Notes under the pieces: generated by a model
Seen by the model: only the letters and a program-made list of their open reading frames with translations
Told to the model about the DNA's origin: nothing
Databases searched by the model: none
Source of the DNA: Octopus sinensis
Lineage: Eukaryota
Assembly (NCBI RefSeq): GCF_006345805.1
Contig: NC_042997.1
Coordinates: forward strand, 139,252,001-139,316,000
DNA: 64,000 nucleotides
Reading direction: 5' to 3'
In this document: piece by piece, positions 39,631 to 53,700 of the stretch
Layout: the number at the start of each line of letters is the position of its first letter
How positions within the stretch are numbered: position 1 is the first letter of the stretch
Program-made: the position numbers and the translations under genes

Positions 39631-40087
39631 GTATCTATCAATCTATCTATCTATTTATCTATCTATCCTGCCCTCTCTCTGTCTCTCTTTCTTCCTATTG
39701 CATACACAGATTTTACCATCCTCTTTCCACAGCATGACCAATTTTTACATCAGAGGAATCTATCGCTAGCACTTAAATTCAGGATAGAATAAAGTGTCTA
39801 TGTTTGTACGCACGCGCGCATATGGAGTGCAAATATATGAGTATAGTCATGGTTTCGTACAACTTGTCTTGTACTGTGTTTATCGGTGGAGAAAATGAAT
39901 AAACTTTTTATGTAAAACTCGGGTAGAGACTAAAATTTCCAGTTACCACTATATATGTACGGATGTACAAATACGAATGTGTATTTCTGATATATATACA
40001 TACACAGACACAAACACAGACACACACACGCACGCACGCACGCGCACGCACGCACACACACACATATATATAAATCCCATTTATATA

Positions 40088-40280
40088 TCAAACATTTTCA
40101 TCAGACATTTTCATCAAACATTTTCATGACCAATATTCATCAAACATTTTCATCAGACATTTTCATCAAACATTTTCATCAAACATTTTCATCAGACATT
40201 TTCATCAAACATTTTCATCAAACACTTTCGTCAGATATTTTCATCAAGCATTTTCATCAAACATTTTCATCAGACATTTG
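40088..40280. repeat. Second array of the same 13-bp minisatellite
   Basis: Direct reading. Confidence 0.9.
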
Positions 40281-40572
40281 AATGAATCATCCATGCGGTA
40301 ACATGTACCTCCTTGCGACAATATATACTTACATTTAATCAAGATATCCTTGGCCTGAAAAGCAGCCTGCGGTATACACATCGCTAGGATATTTAGCACT
40401 TCTGTGGTTCCGCTCGCTATGAAACATATGGAACCCGGATCTTATTTACTCCGTAATATATATACACACACAAGCTGTGCCGATATAATGTAGGATAAAT
40501 ATCTATCTATCTATCTATATATATATATATATATAATATATATATAGTATCTAATTCTCTCACCCTTATTAA

Positions 40573-40648
<76 letters not shown>

Positions 40649-40753
40649 TGTATGTATGTATATAGGGAAGGTTTACGAAAATAAACAAAAGACGAAGGCA
40701 GGTGAAGTACAAACAAACAAATGTATTAGTATAGCGCTCAGGAATAGAAAAAG

Positions 40754-40791
40754 TCTTTTACGTTTCGAGCCTACGCTCTTCGACAGAAAGA
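40754..40791 (-). ncRNA. Minimal (Penelope-type) hammerhead-like motif, A6U variant
   Basis: UCUUU-CUGUCGA-A-GAGC-guag-GCUC-GAAAC-GUA-AAAGA. Confidence 0.5.
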
Positions 40792-41781
40792 TACACAGAA
40801 AAAAAAACAAGGAGAGAATCAAGGAGAGAAAAATACATACATATATTCAAGCTGCACAGATATAATGTAGGATAAATATAATAATTATTATAAATAATCC
40901 TTGGTTGGAATTTACGGAATTTACAACCCTTTAATGCATCGCTACGTGCGTTTCTAAAAATCACATGTCTTTTAAGATCACAGTCCATATTCCTGGGATG
41001 ATTACAGCGCAGTCTGTAGTATCCGTGGGCATCGGGTTGATCATCTTCATGGATTCATTTCTTCAGGCGACATAACCTTAATTGATGTACAATAGGGAAG
41101 TTTATCCCTTTTTACCAGCATGACGGTTAAGCAAGTTATGTGGGTGTTTCTGAGTGTATTTGGTAGAGAGGAGGAAAAGGTGACGGAAAGAGAGGAAGGA
41201 GTGTTAGTTATATGGGGATCGAAGTGATGTTCCGTTATATGGTGCAGCATTTTTTATAATGGACCGGTGGGTCGTATGTTCCACTCCATCCTGTCTGAAC
41301 CTCCAAACGATGCATTAAATGTTTATAAATTCCATCAAAGGATTATTTTTATTATATATATGCGCGTGTGTGTGTGTGTCTGTGTCTGTGTGTGTGTGTA
41401 TATCTGTATATATGTATACACGTGCGCGCGCACGCACACACACATATACAGGGAAAGAGAAAGTGGATGAGAGCAAATTAAGCTTAGGTTAGATAACACC
41501 GACTATTGCTCAAATGAATGTAAACTTCAACTCCAAATTCTTTATCCAAGACCAGCGCTCCGGGATCGCAAGTGGATATAAGAGCAATCCTAATCGAGAT
41601 GTTATAGCGGCTGTAAGGTAAATAGACTCAGTTAGGTTTCAGACATGTATTTGCATGTAGCACAAAATACAGATTATAAATAAAGAAAAAAATTATGTAT
41701 TTCTTTCATAATCTGTATTTTGTGTTCCATATAAATATACGTCTCAAGCCGAACTGTGCTTTTTTCTACAGTATAACCTGT

Positions 41782-41850
<69 letters not shown>

Positions 41851-42150
41851 ATATATATTGTCCTTACCTTCGAGACACGGAGTAGATGAAAGAGGGACAA
41901 CTGAAGAAGGGGAATATTCCTTGTGTTGTATGTCTTGTACTCTGTTTTTTTCGTTGTTAGAAAAAAAGTTCGTCTCTATGTTTTTGTCTTTATGTTTTCG
42001 TTTCACATTGTGTTCAACGTTTTCTTGATGTCCTGTACCCATATGTGCATGTATATATACATATATATGTAGGTATGTACATATATGTATGTATATATGC
42101 ATAAAATTTATATATTATTTATATTAATATATGCATATGTGTGTGTGTGC

Positions 42151-42204
<54 letters not shown>

Positions 42205-42209
<5 letters not shown>

Positions 42210-42352
42210 GAATTCTTTCAGCTTCCATCCGCCTAATCTGCTCTCCAGGCTTTGAACGCACCGAGGCCATAGTAGAAGACATTTTCCCAATGGTACTCAA
42301 CCAATAACCATATGGTTGGGAAGCAAGCTTCTTACCACACAGCCACGCCTGC
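42205..42352 (-). mobile_element. SINE family A head
   Basis: ggttgggaagcaagcttcttaccacacagccacgcctgc. Confidence 0.75.
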
Positions 42353-42632
42353 ATATGTGTGTGTGCGGGAAGCGGGGAACATATGTACTTATTTGTTTTC
42401 GAAATGAGAGGGTTAATGCACATTCCACATATTGGTATTTTTTCCGAACCAAATTATAAATTTTCAATCCACCGGAAAGAAACAGTTTTTTTATTTTTTA
42501 TTTTTATGAAGAAATCGAATTATTCTTCAATAGTAAACGCGTCTGAAACAGATGTAGTGAACGTTAACTCATTTGTGTTCTTCTTTTATACATACATATA
42601 TACATACATACATACATACATACATACATACA

Positions 42633-42666
<34 letters not shown>

Positions 42667-42794
42667 CACACATTCATCATACATACATACATACATACAT
42701 ACATACATACATACGTGCATACATACATGCATACATACATACGTACGTACGTATGTGTGTGTGTGTAAGTATTGATAGATAAATAGATAGTCGA

Positions 42795-42865
<71 letters not shown>

Positions 42866-43593
42866 TAGATACATATATACAGACATACATGTATACATAC
42901 ATATATGTATGCATGTATATATACATATGTGTGTGTGTATATATATATATATGTATGTATATATACACACACGCGCATACATACACACATACATATATAT
43001 ATGGCATACATACATACATACATACATACATACATTTATGCATGCATACGTACATGCATATATGCATATATACAAATAGACAGACAGACAGATAGACTGA
43101 TAGAAAGATGGAGTAGGGAATAGATGGAGAGATTTGCTATTCATTCTTCAAAATATTGTATGTAATACTAAACAGAGCCGTAGGTTATTGAACTGCAATG
43201 GCCACCACATTAAAAATGTATTTCTTCATTTACGCAATCTTGCCGACTAAATGCGCGCCAATCTGTAATCTCACAGATAAGGATTCTAAATTGTGGAATA
43301 GTGTTTTCATTTGGAATAACTGCTCAATTGCCTACGAGCAGACGATCTATCGACAAATCAAATGCCTGCTTATCATATACAAGCAATAATGTGTGTGTGT
43401 GTACGTATGTGCGCGTGAGCGCGTGCGTGACACTGAACTATTCATTGATTTATGTATTGAGATGTTAAGTTACGTACGTATTTACGTCACTAACTGGTGT
43501 GCCAGCGAAGATATATTCGTCAAGGGACTGATCATGACGGTGATGATTTTGTCTATTTGTTTGAAGAAGAAAGTAGTGGGCAGAGCATATATA

Positions 43594-43625
<32 letters not shown>

Positions 43626-43629
43626 AATG

Positions 43630-43692
<63 letters not shown>

Positions 43693-43845
43693 TTAGGGAG
43701 TATATACTTATATATTGATTATTCATTTTTATACTTTTTGTGATCTAGTTATATGTTTTATAAAAATATATTTTATTCGTTATTTATGATTTGGTTTATG
43801 TCTATCATTGTTTGAATTGCATATTGTGGTCTTTTTCTCAAATTT

Positions 43846-43925
<80 letters not shown>

Positions 43926-44010
43926 TAGATAGATACACACACATACATACATACATAAATACATACATACATACATACATGCATACATATATACATACAT
44001 ACGTATATAT

Positions 44011-44055
<45 letters not shown>

Positions 44056-44507
44056 GGCTGTGTATGTATGTATGTATGTACTTATAGATTGATAGATTGA
44101 CATAGCGTGTAGCATAATTATATATAGTGTGGACTTAGATCCCCGTTGACTGGCCACTGGTATTTATAAAGTGTTAAACACTTTCGGTATGCAAATTAGA
44201 CTCCTTCATAGAGTAACTGGTGCATTTGTTGAGCATATAACAAGTTTGGCTGTTCGTTTCCCTGCAGACTGTCAGAATAATGGAGACGCCTCTGATGAAA
44301 ACCCAATAAGGTTCGAAAATCGATTAATGTTGTTCATAATTTTTTTATTTTTCAGTCTGCGGAGAAATAGCTAAAATTTGCCCTGTTTATAATTATACCA
44401 TATGTTACAAAAGTATATACACACGCATAACCATATAGAGAATATGTGTATACTATATAAATATATATTATATATATAGGTGTGCGTGGGTGTGTATTAT
44501 ATACATA

Positions 44508-44670
44508 GGCGCAGGTGTGGCTGTGTGGTAGAAGCTTGTTTCTCAACCAGATAGTTCCGGGTTCAGTTCCACTTCGTAGAATTTTGGGCATCTTCTATTA
44601 TAGCTTCAGGCCGGCCAAATCCTTGTGTGTAGATTTGGTAGACGGAAACTAAAAGAAGCCCGTAGTATAT
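44508..44670 (+). mobile_element. SINE family A head, truncated by the maT insertion
   Basis: ggcgcaggtgtggctgtgtggt...gacggaaactaaaagaagcccgtagtatat. Confidence 0.75.
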
Positions 44671-44671
44671 A

Positions 44672-45830
44672 CAAGGCCGCGTAAGATATTTGAGGACAGA
44701 TTTATGTTTATAAAAAATATATATTTAAATAATAACAGATAGTAACTTTATTTAACAAAAAATGCTATAAGGATAAAAATAAATTTCCTTTTCTATAATG
44801 TTATTCAATAAAGCCACCTTCAGCTTCAACAACTGCTTCTATATGAGATCTAAATGACCTAAATGCTCGAATCAAGTGGTCCTGGTTCAATTTGGACATT
44901 ACACTGACTATGGTAGCTTTCAAAGAATCTTCGGTGTTATGGGTATGTTCATTGACCTCTCTTTCAACAATGCTCCACATGTAATAGTCCAATCCATTGA
45001 GATCTGGAGAATTGGGAGACCAAATGTTAGGGGTTATGTGATCATGAAAATTTTCAACCATCCATTCCTGTGTTACTAGAGCCATGTGTGATAGTGCAGA
45101 GTCTTACTGAAACATATGGCCTTCCATTGCATACACTTTCTATCTAGGGCTTAACAATTATTTCCAGGACCTCAATGTAGGCGGCATAGTTAACTCTAAG
45201 GCCTTGCGGGAAGAAGTAAGGAGGCATCACATGTCCTTCATTACTGACAACCCCTAAAACCATAACAGTTGCAGGAAAATTTTGTATGCATAATACTTAG
45301 AACTTCAGAAGTGTCTGCACATAAACATCTGTCATTTCTGCTGTTAACTTTTTGATCTTGGGGTTTTTCTCATTTGAGAAAAGCCAAATCAAATCTACTG
45401 GATTTTTCAGTTTGTTTAAGAAAGAGCCTTTTAGATCTAATGTAGTGATTTTTTTTGCATTTTCTGACAAATTGACTTTACCCTATCATATGAGGCTTAT
45501 ATCTGATGTTCGTGGACAACAATTCTGACTATTCCTTCCGACACATGGAGATCTAATGCAGTTGACCTCATGGAATTTCTGGGATTGCAATCAATGGTCT
45601 GTTGAATTTGCTGGATAAATTCAGGTGTTCTGATGGTTTCAGAGCGTTTAGAATGCTTTATATGCTTTGATATTGGTGATGCGTTTCCATCTTCAGTTTC
45701 TAGCTCCTTACAAATTTTGTAGACGCTATTCTCAGCCTTTATAACCTCAGTAACAGAATACCTTTTCATTTCTTGAGTCAGCTGTGGGTCTGCCATTATT
45801 ATTTTCTGAAACAAAGATTATACGGAGTTA
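44672..45830 (-). mobile_element. Decayed maT (DD37D) Tc1/mariner transposon
   Basis: VMVLGVVSNEG and YVFQ*DSALSH...WSPNSPDLNGLD, with 37 residues between the second and third D. TIR-like TA-caaggccgcgtaagatatttgaggacag. Confidence 0.8.
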
Positions 45831-45859
45831 GCAAAAAGTGTATATACTTTTACATGTTT

Positions 45860-46445
45860 CAGCTACTTTACTGCGGCCATGCTGGAGCACCGAATTGGAG
45901 GGGTTTTTTTTTAATCGAACAATCTACCCTAGGACTTATATTTTAAGCATAGTACTTATTCTATCGATCTTTTTGCCAAACCGCTAGGTTACGGAGACGT
46001 AAACACACCAGCACCAATTGACAAATGGTGATAGGGTGACAAACACAAGCACAAAGTCATCTCTTATGCATTTGTATTTGTGTACCATTTCTCCGTTTAT
46101 TCCGTCTTTGTTTTCTTATACATTCGCTGCTTTTTTCTGAGGAATCTAGTGGTCTTAGCTTATATTTTCCTTGGGGCTGGCCAGATTGGAGCAATCTCGA
46201 GTATAACCAGCCGAAATTGCAAAGATAATCTGGAACTCGACTATCGAAAGAAAACTCCGGATGACCCGTCCTTGTTTTCTTGCCCATTTTTTGTATCATC
46301 AAACTGTTTGGATGTTTTGCGTTCTTGTCCCATTTTTTATATTCATATATATATATATATATATATATGACGGGATTCTTACAGTTTTCGTATAACAAAT
46401 CCACTTACAAGGCTTTGGTTTTCGAGGCGGTAACCTGGCATGGCC
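45860..46445 (-). mobile_element. SINE family A interrupted by an unclassified ~300-bp insert
   Basis: Tail gcggccatgctggagcacc at 45870 and gacgggattcttacagttt...acaaggctttgg at 46368-46420. Confidence 0.6.
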
Positions 46446-46507
46446 GCAGTCAAATGAATGAAACGAGTAAAAGATAAAAGACGTGTTTATATATGTATAT
46501 TTATATT

Positions 46508-47478
46508 CGAGGAAGTGCTGAAAAATTCCTGATTTGGGGTAAAAGAAAATACAAGAGGATCAGTTTATTATGATTTTATTCAACATCTTCCCCTCTCAGA
46601 TTCACACACTTGTTCCGGCAGTCGTTCAGTTTGTCTAAGCCCTGTAAAAAAAACTCGGAAGGTTGAGCTTCTAACAAGGCATCTGAAATTTCGTCTCCTT
46701 GAGATGTTTCTTCAGTGGGGGAAAGAGGTGATAGTCGGAGGGGGGCAAATCGGAAGAGTAAGGTAGATAGTCTACCAATCTGAAGTCGAAGTCGCGTATT
46801 ATCCGTAGAGTTTCATGTGCTGTGTGCGCTATTGCAGACTACTGGGTCCAAAACTTCTTGAGACGCGATGAACCACTATGGCACCATTCTATTGATTGCA
46901 GCTTGGTCTGGAGATCATAATGATGAAGCCAAGTTTCATCTATAGTGAGACATAAAATTAGCCTCCCCTGCCGCAAACGGGTCCTTTGATGTAATCATTC
47001 TGATGCTCTTCTGATCTGCATTCAGGCAGTTCAGCACTTTTGCGAAAAGCTTTCTCGTGTCCAGAATGTTATTGATGATGTGGCCAACTCTTTCGTGGGA
47101 AATGTGCACAGCATCGGCTTTGTCCTCTATGGTCGAGGAAGTTGGCCCCTGATTGTGTTTCATATGTAACCTCAAAAATCACACGTCCGAAACCTTGACA
47201 CCCATATTTTCACTGGGCAGCCATCTTTCAATATATGCTTCATCTCACCATGGATTTCTACCGCTCCTTTTACCTTGCAAAAGGAGGAACTTCATGACCA
47301 CGCATGCTCCAATTTTAACAAAATCCACTGTAGGAGCTGCTATCATTCATTAAATCTGCAGAAAATATAAAGATATATTGCATAACATTTTCATGAATAG
47401 TTGCCCTGCCTCTCCAGTAAAGATAACAGTTCTACCCTTTCATCATATATTTAATGCCAGGAACATTTTAGCACCTCA
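46508..47478 (-). mobile_element. Internally deleted mariner element with both TIRs
   Basis: TIRs cgaggaagtgctgaaaaattcctg / caggaacattttagcacctca with TA flanks. Peptides ISHERVGHII and TIDETWLHHYD. Confidence 0.8.
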
Positions 47479-48401
47479 TATATATACATACACATGTATG
47501 TAAGAACATGAGGAGTTTAGTTCACTGATGATGTAAACCAATAGGCACACTGCGTAAGTGCTATAATTAGTCATCCGTTAGGTTCCAAGCTCACAGCTGA
47601 GGCTGGAGCTACGGATCCGTAGTAGGCTTCCGAGTCAGCAGGTATATATTAAAGGAAAAGGAAACATTTTTGTTTTCCTGATCCTTTAATATGTGTATGT
47701 CATTATTCGGTTTATTTCAAGATTTCTTGCCAATAGAGAAAGAACCGGTTTCTATCCTAGATACAAGGCTCCCTCGTTGGAATTTCAACATCAATAACAG
47801 GGTATTTTTGGATTAACTGTCCGCTGCGGCCGCTCGTGCGGCCAGGTCCCATGATTTCACCTTTCTTTAGGCTTGTCGATGACACGTCCAACGGAGACAT
47901 AGCAGCCGGTTGCCCCGTCAACGATGTGTCCAATGTCGCAAATAGCCTGTGGACTTACTACTCACGTAATCTGGACGTCTATCATTGTAAAGCCCAATGG
48001 AGGACGAGATCACGTGAACTGGCAGACCCGGCAGCTGTATCGAACAGTTGTCTCCCGTCAAAGTTATAAGCAGAAGTTCTTTTAGGCACCACGAATCCAT
48101 ATGAATGTCCTCTTATGGTAAATAAAGCAGTATTCTGTGATCTAATTGGTATTAACACTGCTTTTGTCGTTATTAATTGTGTGTGTGTGTGCGTGTGTGT
48201 GTGTAAAAGTATATCACGTCACTACAACTCTACACTTGGACACCTCTACACGCATACATACCCCAACCCCTAATACAATTGTCAATAGAGGCACACACAT
48301 TCTCGCCTCTCTTCTTAACTCTTCCATAGAACAGCATTTTCATATGCCCCCCTATCCCCCTCACCCGGATTCTTTCTTCCCAGCACTTTTGTTCTATATT
48401 T

Positions 48402-48437
48402 TCTTGTGACGGAGGACTAGCGTCCGAAACGTCAGGG
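48402..48437 (+). ncRNA. Degenerate minimal hammerhead-like motif
   Basis: UCUU-GUGACGG-A-GGAC-uagc-GUCC-GAAAC-GUC-AGGG. Core positions 3 and 9 are non-canonical. Confidence 0.4.
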
Positions 48438-48576
48438 CTCTTTCCCTTCTTTTTAAGTGTTGGGCTAATGCAATACTTGTTACAACTTATCCCCCTTGTG
48501 CTGTTTACTTTCATTTTGCGTCCATTGCTTTCACTATATATATATATATATGCATATGCATGTATATGTATATATA

Positions 48577-48627
<51 letters not shown>

Positions 48628-48682
48628 ATATAATTTAACCATATATGTTCGTGTGTACAGATGTATATGCAATTGTATATCA

Positions 48683-48733
<51 letters not shown>

Positions 48734-49280
48734 TATGTATATGTATACATACATACACACACATACATATATACATGCATACATACATACATACATACAT
48801 GTATGTATATGCATAAAGATACCTATATGTGTATATATAGAGAGAGACAGACAGACAGACAGACAGAGACAGAGAGAGAGAATATTTTTGGGTTTTCACT
48901 ATGAGCTGGGAGGTGTTAATGAAATACTCTGATGCTTGTCTCTTGACTACAACTGAATCTTCAATTGCCTGCGGGAAAAGACAATTTAGAAAGTGTCTTA
49001 TAATTAAACACAATTAGTCGGTTGCAGCAGATTTTCCTCGGGCAGAAATGCAGTAATTATCCTATTCTGACTTCCTCTCTCTCTCTCTCTCTCTCTCTCC
49101 CATATTTTCTCACTCGTTTCAAATCAATGTTGAAATTTAGTGAACGGGTGTTAGTGGATTAGCCTGATCAGATGTCTGAACAAAGTGAAGTGGTGAGGAA
49201 AACAATGTAATAAGTGGAGAGGTTTGCATTTCAAACCAGGCAGATATGAAATACTTCTCGTCTTTTGTATTTTTTCATTG

Positions 49281-49375
<95 letters not shown>

Positions 49376-50264
49376 TAACTGACTGATTAGTTACTTAGTT
49401 AGTTGATCGATTATTTACTGCTTTATAGATTCATTCATTAATATATTTAATAATGATTTGATTTATTCATTTATTCGCTGAGTCAGCAAAGTGCTCAATT
49501 AACACATGAAGCGGCTATGGTTCGTTTTCAGTCTTCCTATAATTCTCAATTGTGATTCCAATTAGAGTGGAACCAATTCATGGAAACAGTTGGGGATAGA
49601 ATACGATTCGGTTGTTTCTACATCTACATCGGTAACATCAGTGTGGAATGGATGTGAAGACCAAGAAGAGTCGTAAGTGTTGAAGTCACGGAAAAGTTTT
49701 ATTTCGAAGAGTGGTTTTGTGAAATATTCTTGATATAGGAAGAGATAAGCTCACTGTATTATATAATGCAGTGGCGAGAAGAGAACCACACCTCAGTGAC
49801 AAATATTATTTCAATATAGATTTCAAGTTTTGGTATAAGGATAGCAAGTTCGTGTGGAGAGGATAAATCGATTACGTCGACCCCAGTCGATAATTCACAC
49901 GAGTAAACCTCAAAAATTATCATAAAGACTGAAATAAATTACCCAGAGACTTCTTGTGTACGAAATTTAACAATCAAGTGTCGTCATAATTCAGTGAAGA
50001 GAAAGATATAATTAATTAATAATGCTTTCTTATTTTCATCGTATAAGGATATTTAACTTATTAGGTATGCTTAATTAATTATCCCTCCGTCATCCTGATA
50101 ATTTGTCATACCTTATCTTCTGCATTATTGAACATCGATATTTTGTAATTCTCTTATTGCTAATCTGGTAAGTAGTAAGAAAATAATTCTTCCCTGGAAA
50201 CAAGACCGAAATATGTTCAGTCTGATCACCAGTACTTGCCAAAATCAGACTCAACTAATATTGG

Positions 50265-50700
50265 TTTCAAATTTTGGCACTAGACCATTAATTTCAAGGG
50301 AGAGTGTATGTCAATTACATCAACCCTAGTGTTCAACTGCTATCTGTTTTATCGACTCCGAAAGGGTGAAATTCAAAGTCGACTCTAGCGGTATTTGAAC
50401 GTTGAACGTAAAGACGGGCGAAATACTGCTAAGCATTTTTCCCAGAGTGGTAACTATCTGCCAGCTCGCCGCTTAATATTAGTTTATTAGTTTCAAATTT
50501 TGGGCAGAAGGCCAGCAATTTTAGGGGACGGGTAAGTCAATTACATCGACACTAGTGTTCAACTGGTATTTATTTTATCGACCCCGAAAGGATGAAAGGT
50601 AAAGTCGACTTGGGTGGAGTTTGAACTCAGACGAAAAGACAGACGAAATACTGCTAAGCATTTTGCCCGGCGTGCTAAGTATTCTTCCAGCTCGCAGTCT
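50265..50700 (-). mobile_element. Two tandem SINE family B copies
   Basis: ccagctcgccgc heads at about 50470 and about 50695, and gaaaggatgaaaggtaaagtcgac cores. Confidence 0.75.
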
Positions 50701-53700
50701 TAAAGGCTTAACTAATATTAATAATTGAGCTGTTTTCTTCTCCGCACCATATAAATATTGCTCATTAATTAGATTTTAACCGTTTCTCATTAAGTATATC
50801 TAACTTGATCAGTCCTTAACTTGGTAGTAGTTGAAATATTCATTCGGATAATATTTTATTCGAGAAGCGGTTGACTGGCAGAATCGTTAGTGCGTCAGAT
50901 AAAAATAGTTAATGGCATTACTTCCGGTCCTTTACGTTATGAATTCTAATTCCGCTAACGTTGATTTGTCACTTTCAAAGTCAAGAAAATAAGTACAACT
51001 AAACACCGGGCTCCCTGTAATCAACTAAAACTCCTTCACTTAAAATTGCTGGCCTGACGCCAAAATTTTAAGCTATTATTTTATTCTAGAGGGCTCAACG
51101 TTAACTGTGGTTGAGCTATTGAAATCAAAATTCAATAATTTACTCGTTAAATCATTTTTATTCTCTCCTCTTCTTACGAAATATTTCTTAATAACCATTT
51201 ACTTTATTGGTTTGTTTGTTGACATGGTTGATACTTTATACTCACAATATGTTCTTATATTATAGTACTTAAGAAACATCATTATATCTTATCAGGCCCT
51301 ACTCCGATTTAAACGTATTAGAGGTAATTAGCATAATTTATTTGGCGGTAATATGACACAGGGGAATATTTCGATTTACTAGCATCACAGACTTCTACGA
51401 CGTGGCAGTGCAAATACGTTTTTTTAAAAAATTGATGTATTTTTTTCCAGAGATGAATTATAAAGTGTTTTAGAAATGCAGAGATGTATTTCAAAACTAC
51501 TGCATACTTTTGTGTATTTGTCACCGTTATTTTTATGGTTGTTACTTTGCTATGCTTTCGATTTCTTTAACTGATTTAACAGCTTCCCTGAGAACAATAT
51601 GTTTAATTTTGATTTTTTTATCACTGATTTGCTGCCCTGTTCTTTGCACCAGACACGATTTATAGGAACATCATTGAATAAGTAACAAATAACTCCACTT
51701 TTGAAAAAAGCTATTTGAGATAAAATACAAAATACATATTACAATGTTCTACAAATCCCTAGTGCGTACCAAAAATATTTTACAATTCGTTATTACTGCT
51801 GATTTGTCTGAAATTCAATGAAAATTTATCTTAGATTTAAAAAAAAAATCTTAAATAAATGTAGATTCTTAAAGTGTAAAATCCAAATACATTATTCGGT
51901 CGGCAGACAGTAAGTCGCACCAAATTTCTTTGTTTGCATACAGTTAATTTCTTTTATAGTTATATTAATTCTTAGACTATAAATATAGCTCCTTGTGCAT
52001 TTCATAACAATACGTGGCATATGTGCAATTATGGGCATCACATCAGCAATTTATTTTCTATCCATTAACTAGATTAATATTTTATTTCATTCGCATGACT
52101 AAATTTGTAAACAATAATTTATTTTCATTCATCAAAACACCAGAGGAGAACACAGTCTCTTAAATCTGTTCCAGTGTTTAATTGATACTGACAGTTACTC
52201 GAAACATTGCAAAATTCAGACTGTCCCCTCTTTCTTGGGATGTTTTCTTCTTATTCCGACATAAATTAAACGTTATTGCTAGCACTGTGGTATACGCAAA
52301 TTGACGTGTCAAAGCTAAAAATACTATTTTTTAAACAACAAAAACATTTATCAGGTTGCATTTACTGTCAAAGTAATTTTTGCCTGGACAGAGATTTTAC
52401 TTTGTTTACATAGACGTATTCATGTACGAAACGACATATCTTTCAGTGCTGGCTCTAAACTTTATAGAAAGTCTGTAATTTACACTTTAAAAATGAAAAC
52501 AACGCACTGCTAACACAAAGTAGTATGCAGTATTCACTTAAAAGCCTTTAATATACTTGGTACAATATTAAGATGGCAAAACGAAATACGGTGTCCCTAC
52601 CAGCAACTAATATATACATACCAGCTGCCAGGAATATGTCTAATATTTAAAATTGGTCTATCCTATTGTGTAACACCGCTAAACTTAGTAGCTATTTAAG
52701 CAATCAATTTGCGGATGGTTAATGGCTCGCGAAGGGGCAATAACTCCTGAAATATGTATACACAGCCATTACCTTATTTACTAGCTTCGACAGTATTGTT
52801 TACATTGTCGTATGCGAAACGTCGTAACCTTTCAGGACTGGTTCTAAATTCTATAGAAAATCCGTAGACACACACTTAAAAAAAAATGAAAGATTTTATT
52901 GTTCAAAAGTATTACTTCCTGTGACAGAATACCACAGAGTATGCCGTCGCTCATTTTCACTAAAATACTGTTGTGATTTTTCTTGATTTTATAAGTAGTA
53001 AGTCGGACCACATTAATCTAAAAACTGCATTTATTTCTTACAGTCTTCACCTCTTAACAAACCTCTTTACTTCGGTTCTATGAAACAATTTAAACTTAAT
53101 ACTCTTAACTCAATGTATTTACATACAGCTTGCGTTTCTTGGTACAATGTCCTGTAAATAATTGTTCATTTGTGTAAAGTTCGTTACTGGTTAATGCACG
53201 GCTGTGATTTACTGCATGATAATTCTGCGATTCAAATTCGATATATTGATAGATAAATCAATTTCGTTCTCCCTTATTCTTCATATCTATAATTTCCAGT
53301 CGCAGTCAGGAACCTAGAAAGTGATGAACTCCACCAAAATGACTCGTCTTTAAAACATTATATAAATAGGAAAACTTCCGTGTTGACCCAACAATCCTTT
53401 AATGGTTACCGTACAAGTTCATGTTCGGAGAAATTCGCTTTACATTTCGTTGTTGATGTTGTTGTCGTCGGTGTTGTTGTTGTTGTTGGTTGGTGGTGGT
53501 GGTGGTGGAGGTGGTGATGGTGGTGGTGTGTGTGTGTGTGTGTGTGTGGAGGGATGATAATGGAAAGATGGAGGATTAGCTGCAAATCACTTTTGATCGA
53601 ACAAAGTTATGATCACAGGTATTTCAGTCATAGCCATCCCCTCTGTTTTATAGACAAATTGTATTTAGGAGACCCATAACTACAGAACTACATTATCGTA

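Noticed and set aside
41858-42030. CTGAAGA-aggggaatattcctt as a hammerhead
   Set aside because: No GAAA follows stem II, and the upstream GAGAC cannot be placed in a convincing fold.
42564-43144. ORFs up to 167 aa (MYVC/IHTY repeats), and similar ones across the window
   Set aside because: (TACA)n, (TA)n, (CA)n and (GATA)n artefacts.
49565-49673. Possible exon ending at gtaagt
   Set aside because: Short, weak acceptor and no recognisable peptide.
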